Assembly (NCBI GenBank): GCA_004764695.1
Contig: SMSO01000031.1
Coordinates: forward strand, 4,068,436 to 4,132,435
Direction of reading: 5' to 3'
Source of the DNA: Schizochytrium sp. TIO01
Lineage: Eukaryota > Protista > Bigyra: Labyrinthulomycetes
Length of the DNA stretch: 64,000 bases
Part shown: positions 37,393 through 48,930 of the stretch, piece after piece
How the letters are laid out: the number at the start of each line of letters is the position of its first letter
How positions within the stretch are numbered: position 1 is the stretch's first letter
The notes under the pieces: model-generated
Databases searched by the model: none
What the model was told of the DNA's origin: nothing
What the model saw: only the letters and a program-made list of their open reading frames with translations
Position numbers and translations under genes: made by a program

Positions 37393-38901
37393 CTAACGAA
37401 GGCGCTCTATGCGCTGTTGAACAGTGTGTTCTGGTGCCTGCGTCCAACGCCTCATCGCATCGAATTCCACAGACCTGGCGTGCTTCATTTGCTCAGTATC
37501 CCCAGGGTGAGAGAAAAACAAATCAACGTGGTGACCGCCCCCATCAATATTTACAATGGTCAGGTCTCGCTTTTTCTGCTGTTCAACAGATAAGACACCA
37601 TCGAATGAGCGAATCGAACCACTGCTCCAGGGATCTGCCAACCCGTTCGAAAACACCACATTGGTAACAGTGTTGAGCAAGACCTTCTTATTACCATAGC
37701 GCCGGCGGACCAATGTCTCATCAGGTGTCAGGTTGAAAAACTTTTCACAAGCTTCACGCACCATGTCTGCTGAATTTGGGTAATCAAAGAACATATCTGA
37801 AGTTCCTGTCATGGCAAAGTAAAACTCCTCTGGAAACTGCTCAGAACAGTATTGATGACTCCACAAGGGTCCAGAAAAACGGTCACCGGTCTCTGTGGTG
37901 TTAGGCACATCCAAGCATTGCTCCTTCTTTGAAGCATTTGCGAAAACTTCTGTTGCTGCCATCAAGGCTTCCACGGGATCAGACTTCACAGCTCCGGCCT
38001 TGCAAGCAGCCTTGATGGGAAACGCAGGGAGTAGGACGTTTGCATCTCCAGTCAAATATGAACTAGGGTATGGAAAGTTGCCCATAGCCATAGTGTCGAA
38101 TGCGTTGGCCACATACAGGGCAACATCGAGAAACGATTGTGGTTCGTGGCAAAAGTTTCCAAGTTTTTGTAGCAACCGGAGTGACTTTTTGCCTTCTAGC
38201 AGGAGCTTAAAACCCTCTCGAACCCACCCTTCACAATCTGGACCTGCAGTCTCTGTTACGACCCGCCAGTAAGCATTGCCTCCATCATTGTAGAAATCCA
38301 GGCCTTCGCCCCGAAATGCAAGAACAGGCGCACTTGCTGCAATCGCGCCGGATATGAGTCCAGGATACTGCATGCGGAAAAAACAAGCTAGCATGCCGCC
38401 ATAAGATCCGCCTATTGCAATTGATCGAGATTTCCAGGCGCTATGATTAGCCTGGAAAGAGTATAAAACATTCGCAAAATCTGCTAAAGCTTGCTCATGA
38501 TTGAGAAACTCAAGGTCCTTGTTATCGTGAATCTTAGACTCACCATAGTACCTGTGTTCTGCAAAAATAATTGCAGCATGCAGTTTAGGCGCAGATTCCC
38601 AAATTAGACCTGTAGCATTCACATAGAGAGTCACATCTGCTTCGTTGCCATTGTAAAATAGAATTGGATAACCATCGCCTTTCCAATGGTCCAAATTGAT
38701 GAATAATCTTTGTGCATACACTTCACCTTCCTTGGCAGTGCCAAAATGGTCAACCTTGTTCATAAACCAGTGCTGTGTGACATGGTCCGAGGGCTTGAAG
38801 TTTCTCGGGTTTCCCACTTCATATGGCGTGATGCTCGAACTGCTGCTACCCTGGGCAAGAATGAGCAGTGTACTCGCGATGCAAGCAAGCACAGAGCGCA
38901 T
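37393..38901 (-). CDS. PRCP: Lysosomal Pro-X carboxypeptidase / peptidase S28
   Basis: Signal peptide, DHF, PILFYNGNEAD, AEHRYYGES, GGSYGG nucleophile, NGLADPW and HHVDL. Confidence 0.93.
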   Translation of the reverse strand: MRSVLACIASTLLILAQGSSSSSITPYEVGNPRNFKPSDHVTQHWFMNKVDHFGTAKEGEVYAQRLFINLDHWKGDGYPILFYNGNEADVTLYVNATGLIWESAPKLHAAIIFAEHRYYGESKIHDNKDLEFLNHEQALADFANVLYSFQANHSAWKSRSIAIGGSYGGMLACFFRMQYPGLISGAIAASAPVLAFRGEGLDFYNDGGNAYWRVVTETAGPDCEGWVREGFKLLLEGKKSLRLLQKLGNFCHEPQSFLDVALYVANAFDTMAMGNFPYPSSYLTGDANVLLPAFPIKAACKAGAVKSDPVEALMAATEVFANASKKEQCLDVPNTTETGDRFSGPLWSHQYCSEQFPEEFYFAMTGTSDMFFDYPNSADMVREACEKFFNLTPDETLVRRRYGNKKVLLNTVTNVVFSNGLADPWSSGSIRSFDGVLSVEQQKKRDLTIVNIDGGGHHVDLFFSHPGDTEQMKHARSVEFDAMRRWTQAPEHTVQQRIERLR

Positions 38902-39796
38902 TTTTCCGTCCCAAGGTACTCTTACAGAGCAAGAGAGGAAAACTTGACTCGGACAAGTAGGCTTTCTAACACGCGCCGTACTGACCCACGGAGCAGCTGT
39001 TTCAAAGAAAGCTACACAACGTTTGGAATAAGATTTTTCGATATCAGGCTCAAGACTTCGTTGCTTCCTTTTTTCCTCTTCTCTTTTTAGGTGGAGTAGT
39101 AGATGGTTAGTTAGCTTTATGTACTCTCAAGAATACAAGGTACCAGATAATGAAGTACGGTGGCTGGAATTTCAGGTCTGACGTACCGTCATAAGGGTTC
39201 ATAAACCAAGAAGCAGTAACGATAAAGCCAACGCCAACGTCAAAGCCAAAGTTCAATTCAAACTTTGAAGCTAAGGATCAGGTTTAAGAAGCTTAACAAG
39301 TTGGCGTACAAAATTATCTAACCTATAAAATGAGTAGATACGACTTGACAATCCTACTTGGTCTTCCTGTGTGCTTGTGGGTTTGTGCCACCAATAATCT
39401 TGAGGCTGAATTTGGCGAGGTAGTTTTTCCAAGTTTCCTTTGATTCTAGTCAATGACACTAGTCAGCAAATGATAATTGGTTTTTTACCATTCTATATGT
39501 TTGAAGATTATATTATGTACAGCAACTAACTAGATCCGAACATAAAATAAAAAGAAATGCTGGTCTAGGTGGGCTTTCCACGTTAGCAGAACGTATAATA
39601 TGCTCCTATTGAATTTGCGAACCTAACGTGAAGAGGAGGAAATACTAGAGAGACTTTTTATATCATTATTCGTGATTCTATCCATTTTGTTTTCAATTGC
39701 AAAAGATAAGTTTGATAAAATCTCCTTGTCAGATCCGGTAGTTTGAAGCTGAATAACTCGTACAAATGAGTTGTTGGAATTGGTCTCAATAGAAAC

Positions 39797-42706
39797 CTAA
39801 AGCCTGTTCATAATAATACTGATAGGGTCGAGGTCCTTGGCGAGTGCAGCATCGAGTTCCGCATCAGTATCCTGCGACATGGACGAAGTCTGTTGTGAAC
39901 TATTGCTCGTTCCAGCGCTGTTGATAAGCAAAGCAGCTTCAAGATGTTTCTTGCGCGTCTGAATTTGAAGGATGTTCTCATCTACAGTGTCGCGAGTGAC
40001 CAATTTAATCACAGTGACAGGCTTTGTTTGCCCAATTCGATGACAACGATCTTCTGCCTGGCGATCTGTAGCGTGGCTCCAGTCCAAATCATGAAGAATC
40101 ACAGTGTCTGCAGAGGTCAGGTTGATACCCATGCCGCCTGCACGAGTGCTTAGCAAACAAGCAGAAATGGACATGTCTGTGTTATACTTGTCCACAATTG
40201 TTTGGCGATCATGAATTGCTGTTTGACCATCAAATCGTACAAATAACATGCCCATAGAGTTGAGCATCTCCTCAATCAGATCCAGCAGAGTTGTCCACTG
40301 GGAAAAAATGAGGAAGCGATGGCCATCCTTCTTGAGTTGTGGCAGAAGAGTTTGCAACTGCCTTGCCTTTGCAGAAGTCCACAATGCCTCCTGTGGAAGA
40401 ATCATTCCGCGGAGTTCACCATTGCGAGAGCCATACTCCAGTGCTAAAAGGTGAAAATCCCAATCCGAATAATTTTTTATTTCCTTTTCGATCATTCGCA
40501 CCGTCGCAGCTGGGCCGAAGGCTTTCACACGGTTTAGGAGATCGACCACCTTGTCAAGAGAACGCGCGACACCGTCTGGACTCTCGTCAGCAGATTTGCC
40601 AAAATATTGGCGTACTAAGAGTGGATGATTGGCAGCTTTGCGAAGCTGAGAAAAAAAGTGGGTAGTCACTGAGTCTAGCTCGCGTGTTCCCCGTTTAGAA
40701 TTCTTAGCATCCTCCTTCTTCTGGCGGTAAGACTTAATAATATCCTTATACACCTTGTTTTGTACATCGGGCATTTCAATCAAGCGAATGTCGTCAGTCT
40801 TCGGGCTCAATTGACCAAGAACGTCAGCCTTGAGACGCCGCAAGACAAAAGGCCGCATAGCATCGCGAATCCGACCGATTGAAGTTGACCCTCTGTTATC
40901 GGCATCGTTGAAATATTCTGCAAGGCGGTCGCTCGATGCGTTAAAAACTTTCGGCATACAGAATGACATCAGTGCAAGAAGCTCTTGCAGATTATTTTGC
41001 ACGGGGGTTCCACTCAGCAGAAGGCGTCGACGTGAAGAAAGACGAACTAGACGCCTATAACGCGCTGAGTTCATGTTCTTCATACCATGAGCCTCGTCAT
41101 AAATGATGTACTGGTAAGCAAACTTAGAGAGGAAAGCGCGATCAGCACCTGATGAGTCACGCTCAAAGTAAGTGTAAGTGGTGATGAGGATGTCCACTTC
41201 AGGATTCTTGCGTGCTTTTCTTTCGTAGCGTTGGGCGAGACCAGTGCGTGCTGCTTGAGAACCATGATAGACTTCGACTCGTGCCCACGGGACCCAGCGT
41301 TGAACTTCACGGCGCCAGTTCTCCAGAGTTGAACCCGGTGCGACGACAAGATGGGGTCCTCGAACATCTTGGGTTTTCTTGAGCCATGCAAGGATAGCAA
41401 TGGCTTGCACAGTCTTACCCAAGCCCATTTCATCTGCGAGGATACCATTGAGGTTTTGCGAGTAAAGCAGTCTAAGCCAGTTCAGGCCTACTAGCTGATA
41501 CTCTTTTAGAGAATATCCTTCAGGGAAAAGAGCATCAGCAGCTTCACGCGTTACCAGGTCGTCCTTTGTATTTTTGTTCTTACTCTTCGACTTCAGAGCT
41601 GCTTCAGGAAGGTTGATGTCTTGCACACTCTTGGAGAGGCGTTTGGAGATGGCCTCGCAATTATCGAACATAGCTTGCACTTCATTGCTTTCATCTCCAC
41701 TGCTGGCGTCGCTGTCAACACCTTGGTCATTGTTATCGTCGTCCTGCTCAATGTCCTCTGAATCTTCTTCGTCAGAAGAAGATGCAGCATCCATTAAGGC
41801 CTCTGCGCGGCGTTCGATCTCGTCTAGTTCATCGTCTCCGGAAATTTCCTCCTCCTTGAGAGCATCCGAATCACTATCGACAATAGCCGAGTCCTCATCA
41901 TCATCCATGGATACACGTTGGCGCTTAACAGGGTTCTTGACCTGGCCACGCTGCAAGCGCTTAGACTTTGTGCTCTTCTGCGGTTCTCCACCTCCTTTGA
42001 GAAGTCCCCGGCCTCCACGCTGCAACGTCTTTGCACCTGTGCTGGAAGACTTCTTGTAGTTTCCGTCGCTATCGTCATCGCTGCCATCGCTGCTACTACT
42101 ATCAGAGACGCGGCTGGCGCCCTTGCGAAGGGTACGCGAAGCGTTTCTCTTTCCTCTAACTAGCTTGCCTTTGCTACCCTTGCGAATAACCTCCACATCA
42201 CTATCTTCATCCGATGATGAAAGCATGGTCACATCGAGGGGGTGACTCTCCTTGTGTGTCTTTGGTTTCAGAGCTGTCGATCCTTTCACGAGCTTCTTCT
42301 TGGCAGCAATATTCTTGCTCACGATCTCAACATCAGAATCTGACGAATCCGAAAATGACATTGTCAAAGCTGAGGTATGTTGAGATTTGTTTTGTGGCTT
42401 GATGCCCAAGTCTTTTGATTCGGTTATGGATTTTTTCTTGTCCTTGTCCACACTCACCCCTTGCGAGTAATCTTCGTCGTTAGCGTGAGCGAAAGTTTTA
42501 GTTTGCGTGACTTGTTGTGAATTCTTATTGAATGGACTAGGGGCCTTGCCAAGAAGCTTGCGTTTTTCTGCCTCGCTGAGTCGGTCTGGCCTTTTCGACA
42601 CCTCAAACTTGGAGAAAACGGCTTCAGACACAGCGTTGTCACCCAAACCGACGTGTTGCACAAGGGATGGCGACAGAAAGTACTTGGACTTCTTCTGCGA
42701 ACTCAT
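39797..42706 (-). CDS. SMARCAD1: SNF2-family chromatin remodeller, SMARCAD1/Fun30/ETL1 subfamily
   Basis: ILADEMGLGKT, DEAH, SGTPVQNNL, LRKAANHPLL, SDWDFH, FSQWT, and the subfamily-typical HDLD...DRQAEDRCHRIGQ. Confidence 0.88.
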   Translation of the reverse strand: MSSQKKSKYFLSPSLVQHVGLGDNAVSEAVFSKFEVSKRPDRLSEAEKRKLLGKAPSPFNKNSQQVTQTKTFAHANDEDYSQGVSVDKDKKKSITESKDLGIKPQNKSQHTSALTMSFSDSSDSDVEIVSKNIAAKKKLVKGSTALKPKTHKESHPLDVTMLSSSDEDSDVEVIRKGSKGKLVRGKRNASRTLRKGASRVSDSSSSDGSDDDSDGNYKKSSSTGAKTLQRGGRGLLKGGGEPQKSTKSKRLQRGQVKNPVKRQRVSMDDDEDSAIVDSDSDALKEEEISGDDELDEIERRAEALMDAASSSDEEDSEDIEQDDDNNDQGVDSDASSGDESNEVQAMFDNCEAISKRLSKSVQDINLPEAALKSKSKNKNTKDDLVTREAADALFPEGYSLKEYQLVGLNWLRLLYSQNLNGILADEMGLGKTVQAIAILAWLKKTQDVRGPHLVVAPGSTLENWRREVQRWVPWARVEVYHGSQAARTGLAQRYERKARKNPEVDILITTYTYFERDSSGADRAFLSKFAYQYIIYDEAHGMKNMNSARYRRLVRLSSRRRLLLSGTPVQNNLQELLALMSFCMPKVFNASSDRLAEYFNDADNRGSTSIGRIRDAMRPFVLRRLKADVLGQLSPKTDDIRLIEMPDVQNKVYKDIIKSYRQKKEDAKNSKRGTRELDSVTTHFFSQLRKAANHPLLVRQYFGKSADESPDGVARSLDKVVDLLNRVKAFGPAATVRMIEKEIKNYSDWDFHLLALEYGSRNGELRGMILPQEALWTSAKARQLQTLLPQLKKDGHRFLIFSQWTTLLDLIEEMLNSMGMLFVRFDGQTAIHDRQTIVDKYNTDMSISACLLSTRAGGMGINLTSADTVILHDLDWSHATDRQAEDRCHRIGQTKPVTVIKLVTRDTVDENILQIQTRKKHLEAALLINSAGTSNSSQQTSSMSQDTDAELDAALAKDLDPISIIMNRL

Positions 42707-43398
42707 AAGCCAGCTCTCAAATCACCAGCCAGGGCCAATCGCGGCCTCTCAGCCTTGAAAATTCTTTGCTCGGGACCCCAAATCGATGTTCTCACGTTCA
42801 GACGGAAGCTTCGATTTGAGGTTTAGTGGACTCAAGCTAACGTGAGGTTTCTTGCGTTCCGCTTTACTAATCAATTCTTTCTTTACTCAGGCCTTCTTGT
42901 TTTACCACCAGTAAATCCTATGTCCGCGCTACCCACTTCTACTCCAATGACGCAGTCGTTAGGTCAACCCTCCATTCTCCACTTGCCATCTTTAAAACCC
43001 ATTTGGGATACTGAGCCTACTGTGAGTTATCCTGTATTATGCTCTCTATAGCTCTACTGTAGAGTATACTTGTGGATACTGTGGCCTTCAACGGCCTGCC
43101 TTGCAAGTGCACTATCCGATCTACAGTGAGGTATACGAGCTATAATTGACTTGAGATTCCTATACCCCACTTTGCTCAAGGCTAAAACCCAGTTTGTTAA
43201 CCTATAGCTGTAGCTGTAGGTACCTAGGTACGATATTTTCATCAACAGGAAATATTCCCTCGATGAAGGTGACCTTCGCAAAGCTTGCATCGCACTGACA
43301 AATCGGAAAAAAAGTCGCTCTTGCGCGAGCTCTACTTCTGGTTGGTAAGCTCAGGTTCTCTCAGCTCCGGAGCGACCTCTTCCGACCCTTTCGCGAGG

Positions 43399-45145
43399 AT
43401 GGACTTCGACAGCCTCCTGGCAGCACATCAGGAGCAGTCAGATGCGCCTCCGCAATACGGCGGCGCCCCCGTGGCTGGCCTTGATCGCGCTCTAAGCGCC
43501 TCTCGCGACGGTGGTGGGTACTCTGATGGCGGTGATGGATTTCACTCCGGCCGCAGGGATCACCGTGGTGGGGGGCGCCGTGGCCGCGGCGGCAGGCGAC
43601 GCAGATACGATAATGGCGGCCATGAGCAAGATATGTACGCGTACAACCCTGAAGCTGGCCTTCTGCTTGAGCCAGAGCCTGGTGTTGTAAAGTGTTGCGA
43701 GCTGATGGGAGCATACCTGAAGTGGGATGAGTCTGCGTGGAGCTCACCAACTGCTGGAGACCTCGTGGTCCAGTTTGAGGCCAAGGCGAAAGACAACATT
43801 GTTGTGGCTATGTCGCCAGAGGCCACTCAGGTCTTCCCCATGTACGAGATCATTGTCGGCGGTTGGAAAGACTCTAAGTCAGCCATCAGACGCGGCGCTC
43901 AGGACGCAGAGAGAGCCCTAAGTGTCAAGCCCAGACTCTGCTCTGAAGCGGAGTACCTTCCGTACTGGGCTATGCTTTGTAAAGGTGTCGTCAGCGTTGG
44001 CGTTGGCAACGAACCTGGCAAAGGCCTTATTCTCGCGTGGAGAGACCCAGAGCCTATTAATGCGAGATTCGTGTCATTTACAACGTGGGATAATACGACG
44101 TTTTATAGAAACATTAGAGTTTCGCAAGTCCAGAGCGGGATGGAGATGGACGATGGTTTTGATGAAGATAACTTCGTGCCAGAGTATATGAGAAAACTGG
44201 AGGAGGAACGTAAGAGACGCCGCGAGAGGGCTGAGAGGTTTGATCAGGTCTACACGGAGCCATCAATGGAAAGCTTGGCAAGAGAAGTGCTTACCCCGCA
44301 GGAGTTGGCAGAGATGAAGGCGAACTCAAGAGATCCTCTTACAAGCAGTGCCGGGAACTGGATTTGTGACCGGATTTGACCCAGAATCTGCTGAGGAAAA
44401 GGAGAAGGCGAAGTTGCGCGCGGAACGATTTGCGGTACCCGGAGCGAAGGAGGAGCTGGAAAACCTGATGAGCAAGGATCGTGAGATTCGAGAGGCGAGG
44501 GCTAAGAGATTCGAGATCCCCGTCATTGAGGATCTGGAGATGATCAAGGGTGTGGTTAGGGATCTTAGTGGACTTCGCGTACCACGTAGGGATCCAGAGG
44601 ATGATGAGCAGCTGCGCCCTGAGGCTATTCATATCTATGGCTCATTTGACAATGTTTACTCGTCTGACATTATGCAGTGGTTTGGTGAATACGGGGCGTC
44701 ACGCATTGAGTGGTTACACGATTGTGGTGCGAACATTGTCTTCAATGACGAGATTACTGCAAAGCGGGCCATGCGTGGGCTTTCGAGAGATCTTCCGCAT
44801 GTAGAAGAGTTTGCTGAGCAGATTGATGAACTTCGTTCGAAAAACTACTACACTGCTCCTTTCCCTCTGCGTGACGATGCTGGTATGCGCTTCTTTTTGA
44901 TCCGTGTGGCTGGTGTCTCTGACGTCAAGGCTGACAAGCTCTCGGGATACTGCACAAATATTGGCTACAGCCGACGAGGACGTGGCGGCCGCAGGGGTGG
45001 TCCCCGCAGGTCTTTACCTCCTCGCCCGCCTTCCACCGAAGAAGCTCCTAACATTACTGGTCGCCGGCGTGCTCGTAGTGAGGCTGAAATGGATGACGAT
45101 GGTGACGATGATGATGACGATGACTTCAAGCGTCGCCGCCACTAA
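43399..45145 (+). CDS. NCBP3: FAMeT-like beta domain + NCBP3 (nuclear cap-binding protein 3)-type RRM fusion, interrupted by a 1-nt frame break near 44350
   Basis: FEAKAKDNIVVA...YEIIVGGWKDSKSAIRR (farnesoic acid O-methyltransferase-like domain), repeated RAERF motifs, and RPEAIHIYGSFDNVYSSDIMQWFGEYGASRIEWLHDCGANIVF (NCBP3). Deleting one G at gccgggaac joins ORFs 43285-44379 and 44348-45145. Confidence 0.8.
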
Positions 45146-46334
45146 AAGTTATGAATTTTGTCCTTAATTACAAAGAGCGAAGCACATTTGTATGCCTCAC
45201 ATCTTCCTTTGCCTATTTATACATTGAAAACAAAAGAGGCAAACACATTACTTCAGTCATTCACGACGACCCACAGATAAACAATTAAATACTAATAGAC
45301 ACCGATACTTACTACGTTCTTTTATTTATGTTTCCTTAATTATGATAACTTACATCGCATAATACCATCTTTAAAAGATCTTATGCTGGAAAAATTGTGT
45401 AGTTCCTATGTGACCCTTGCATCTTGCTTTGAAGCCTCCTCTTCATTTAGACGGTGTTGATGATTTGTGAGCCGTGCAAGCATTATTATTTACCAAAGAA
45501 TTATATTATTATTATAAAGATATTATTATTATTTAGGTAATTTTATTTTTATAAAAAAGAGGATGTGCTTCGAAAAAGCGTGCTAGCGTGGAAATGAACA
45601 TCAAAGCAGGAGAAAAGGCACAAGAAACAAGTGTAGACAACCAAGTAATATATTGGCATGTAAATTCAAGAAAATTTTCGCGTTTACTATCAAGGTCTCT
45701 AGATGTTAAGGTATTGTTGCAATACGAAAGACTTCCCCACAACAATTTTCGATGAAGCACTAACTTTTAAGTCAGTAATAGTGATGTAAAAAACGGGATG
45801 GGAACGAGCAACTGTGCGACAAATTAAGAATGGGGTCTCTAACTACTCAAAATTAGAAAGTTAGGTTGTCGCCAACCACCATCGCAGTTTAAGCTTTTGT
45901 TTATATGGTGTCTGTTTTTTGTGTTATCCAATTATTTGTTCGAAAAGCACGCAAGGGTAGCTTAATTATTTAAGGTAGCCGTGACTACAAGCTACATTAA
46001 TAGCTTGTAGAAATGCCAATTTACACAATTACCATGCATCATCCTATCACATACAACGCTTCGAAGCTCTAGGTCAGATCTTTGTTTCGGCCACATGTAC
46101 TACTTTATGAGATTCATACTCTCCCTGTCCTGTACAAGCTCGCTACAGAAAGCCAGCCAAGGAGGAGTTAATGAGCACTTGAACAAAAATCTGCATGAGG
46201 GTCCAGAAGCGGGGAAAGCCAAAGACGAACTTGCAGCAAGCTCAACTTTGCAAAAGGCCACGTGAGCACACCAATTAAGATTTACTCACATACCATGGCT
46301 CATCAGTTGCGCTCAAGCAGAGCAGCAAAACAGC

Positions 46335-47351
46335 TTAAGATCGGCGCCGCCGTCTGCGCGTGCGCGGGCCTTCGTTGCTGTTGTTGTTGGACGGTGAGGA
46401 GCACTCATCTCGTTCATTGCTTTGACGAGTTCGCTTGAGTCGCTTCTTGGACGCAGAGCCCTTCCGGTTGGCTACTTCAGCTATAGTGGAAGAGGAAGAA
46501 TCGCCGCTACTGCCTTTGTCACCTTCTGTTTTACTGAAAGTACTTGTCAGGTTGGTTTTTGCCCCCTCCATAGACTCGCTTTCAAAAGCTTTTAATCTGT
46601 GAACTTCATCAAAATTTGTGGACATTACATCATCGTTCTCACATTGTTTTTCAACATCCATTGCCGAACTCGAGGAAGAGGCGTTGCCAACATCTTGCGC
46701 ACGGGCCATCGAAGACTGCGCCGTCCATACTTTTGCTGCAACTTCGCGAGGCAAATCTTGGAAAAGTGCCTTCTGCTCAATCTCGCCAAAGTAGTTGTGG
46801 TTCTCCAAGCTCTGTGATGCCCCCAAAGACGACGAAGACGATGAAGACGAAGAAGAGGAAGAAGTAGGTCCTTGCAACATAGGTGCAGGAGACGGCATCG
46901 CAGATTGCTCGGCATGCGACTTGCTCACGAGGCGTTGAAGGCGTTTAGCTAGACGTGAAACCGCCGAGCCTGACGCAGAATCTGGACGAGCTCGCTTCCG
47001 GGTAGACCTCGCATAGATCGTAGCCGTCTGAACCTGCTTGGTGAGACGCCTGACAGCCTCGAGGTCCGTGAGGCCCTCCTCGGCCCTAAGTCGACGCATC
47101 TCTCGCATGACAGTGAGGGCGCGAATGGCGTCTTGTTCGCCGACGCCGTGTCGTTTCATGAGTTTGGTGATCTCAGAAGGGTCCGTGACAGGAACAGCGC
47201 CACCAAGACGCTCCAAAAGTACTCGAACTGCGTAATCTTGAGGAAGCCCACACTTCTCCAGGCGCACAAGCTCAGCCTGCACGGCATCTGAGAACTCCTT
47301 CTGGGCTTCCGCAAGCGCTCGTTCCGCGCCAGATGCAGGGACCCTTGTCAT
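46335..47351 (-). CDS. Hypothetical protein: helical N-terminal domain plus low-complexity basic C-terminus
   Basis: 338-aa ATG-started ORF with coding-like GC bias and NLS-like RRRRRR end. No family recognised. Confidence 0.7.
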   Translation of the reverse strand: MTRVPASGAERALAEAQKEFSDAVQAELVRLEKCGLPQDYAVRVLLERLGGAVPVTDPSEITKLMKRHGVGEQDAIRALTVMREMRRLRAEEGLTDLEAVRRLTKQVQTATIYARSTRKRARPDSASGSAVSRLAKRLQRLVSKSHAEQSAMPSPAPMLQGPTSSSSSSSSSSSSLGASQSLENHNYFGEIEQKALFQDLPREVAAKVWTAQSSMARAQDVGNASSSSSAMDVEKQCENDDVMSTNFDEVHRLKAFESESMEGAKTNLTSTFSKTEGDKGSSGDSSSSTIAEVANRKGSASKKRLKRTRQSNERDECSSPSNNNSNEGPRTRRRRRRS

Positions 47352-47716
47352 TTTGCAAGACCCAAGCTACACTGGTTTATTAGAACCGAAGCGGTTCTTG
47401 TGAAGCCTCGAAGAGTCACGAGAACCTAAGGTTTTCCAGACCTCTTTGCCGCTAAGGTCCACTCGCGAGAGCGCTCTTGTTTCGCTTTAGCGGAAAATGT
47501 CCAAATCTGGCAAACCCCACACAGCAGGAGCGGCGACGCCACAGTCGGACGCCGTCAAGGGCTTTGTAGGTGGGATGCCGCGAGGTATTCGCACAAGTAA
47601 ACCCCTTTTACGAGGCCACCGCGCCCGCACTAGCCGGGCCTGAGCTCCTCGGGATGCGTGTCTGCCGCCACCGAAGCCAGCCTCTTAGCTATCTAGCACC
47701 CAGAGAGGCTGCTGCT

Positions 47717-47941
47717 TTAACCTACTTGCGATCTCTATTCTCTATTGTAGCAGTATACATAACTCACTTCGACAAAATAAACTCTACTTCAACAGCCCTT
47801 ACTCTACTTTGAGCAGCTGCCTCCTGTAGAAAGTGCAGTTTGTTTTAAAGTTGTATAACTAATAATGTGCCTGAGATAACCCACTTAAGAGGCGTATAAA
47901 CCACTTGCAACTACAGTAGACTATACCGCTTTAGCTCACTT
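47717..47941. promoter_or_regulatory. Second phased array of the same motif, inverted (ATAACYYACTT), ~20 bp period
   Basis: ttaacctactt 47717, ataactcactt 47759, ataaactctactt 47777, cttactctactt 47798, ataacccactt 47876, ataaaccactt 47896, tagctcactt 47932. Lies between divergent genes. Confidence 0.55.
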
Positions 47942-48930
47942 AAGCGGCGGACCTTCTTTCCTCGCCTTTCTTTCCTTTCTACTCTCAGAGACGCTCTGGA
48001 AGAACAGATGAAGAGAAAACACCTGAAGGGCGAGGTTCCGGAACCCAGCAGGCAGCACGAGGCGGCGACTCTGGGCTGGCGCCGGGGCCTGCCATTCGTT
48101 TCTAGGCTCTCGTCACCCCAGCAAAATCGAGAAGCCTAGCTAGAATTGCTGAAAGAACAAAATAAAAATTATACTCTACTAGGTTGCTACTATTATACTT
48201 TTTTAATTTAAAATATAGGACAAATCTATAAAGCGTTGCACAAAACAGCCAGACTTTAGAACGTTCTTGGAGAGTTCTCAAATGGTTCTGAGGGCGCCAT
48301 GTGAGATGTGAGATGCAAGCAAGCGCCATAACGGTGACAGCCTTCGTAGGATTGACGCGCAAGTGCTCAAGATATGCGCTTTGGCTGCCTGTGGAAAAGG
48401 CCAAGCATCATTTGCACAAGGTCCTGCTTGCTTACATGCAGGGAATTATTTGGCCACTCAGCATTTTGGTAACGAAACCCACCAAGCCAAATTATGGGAT
48501 TGCTTGGTCTTCTACGACAAGATGGCTTTCACGCTGCCAGCAGATCGATTCCTAGTTGAGAAGAAGTGAGCCAAAAAGAGCAGTGCTGGGTTTCATGTTC
48601 CTCTGACGACGGACAAAGACGCTCGCCTTGGAGGCGGCATGTGCTGTACTGAAATCCTGAAAATAGATGCACGAAATATCGACTTGAAGAGTACTGTTTT
48701 GGGGTACTACTACAGACTACGGAGAGGGAGGGAGGGACCCGGGTACGTACTGAGGTGAAAGGAGTTTTGGAGGACAAAAACTCGAGAGCGTTTATAAGTA
48801 GGTAAACACAACGTAAATTTTGCTTTTCCGAGGACCCTGTGTTGGACACGAGCCACGCACTTGACCCCTAAGGCAACTGCACAAACTTTCTCGAGCTTTT
48901 CAAGAAGTAAGTAGGGTGTTTTCGGTCTGG

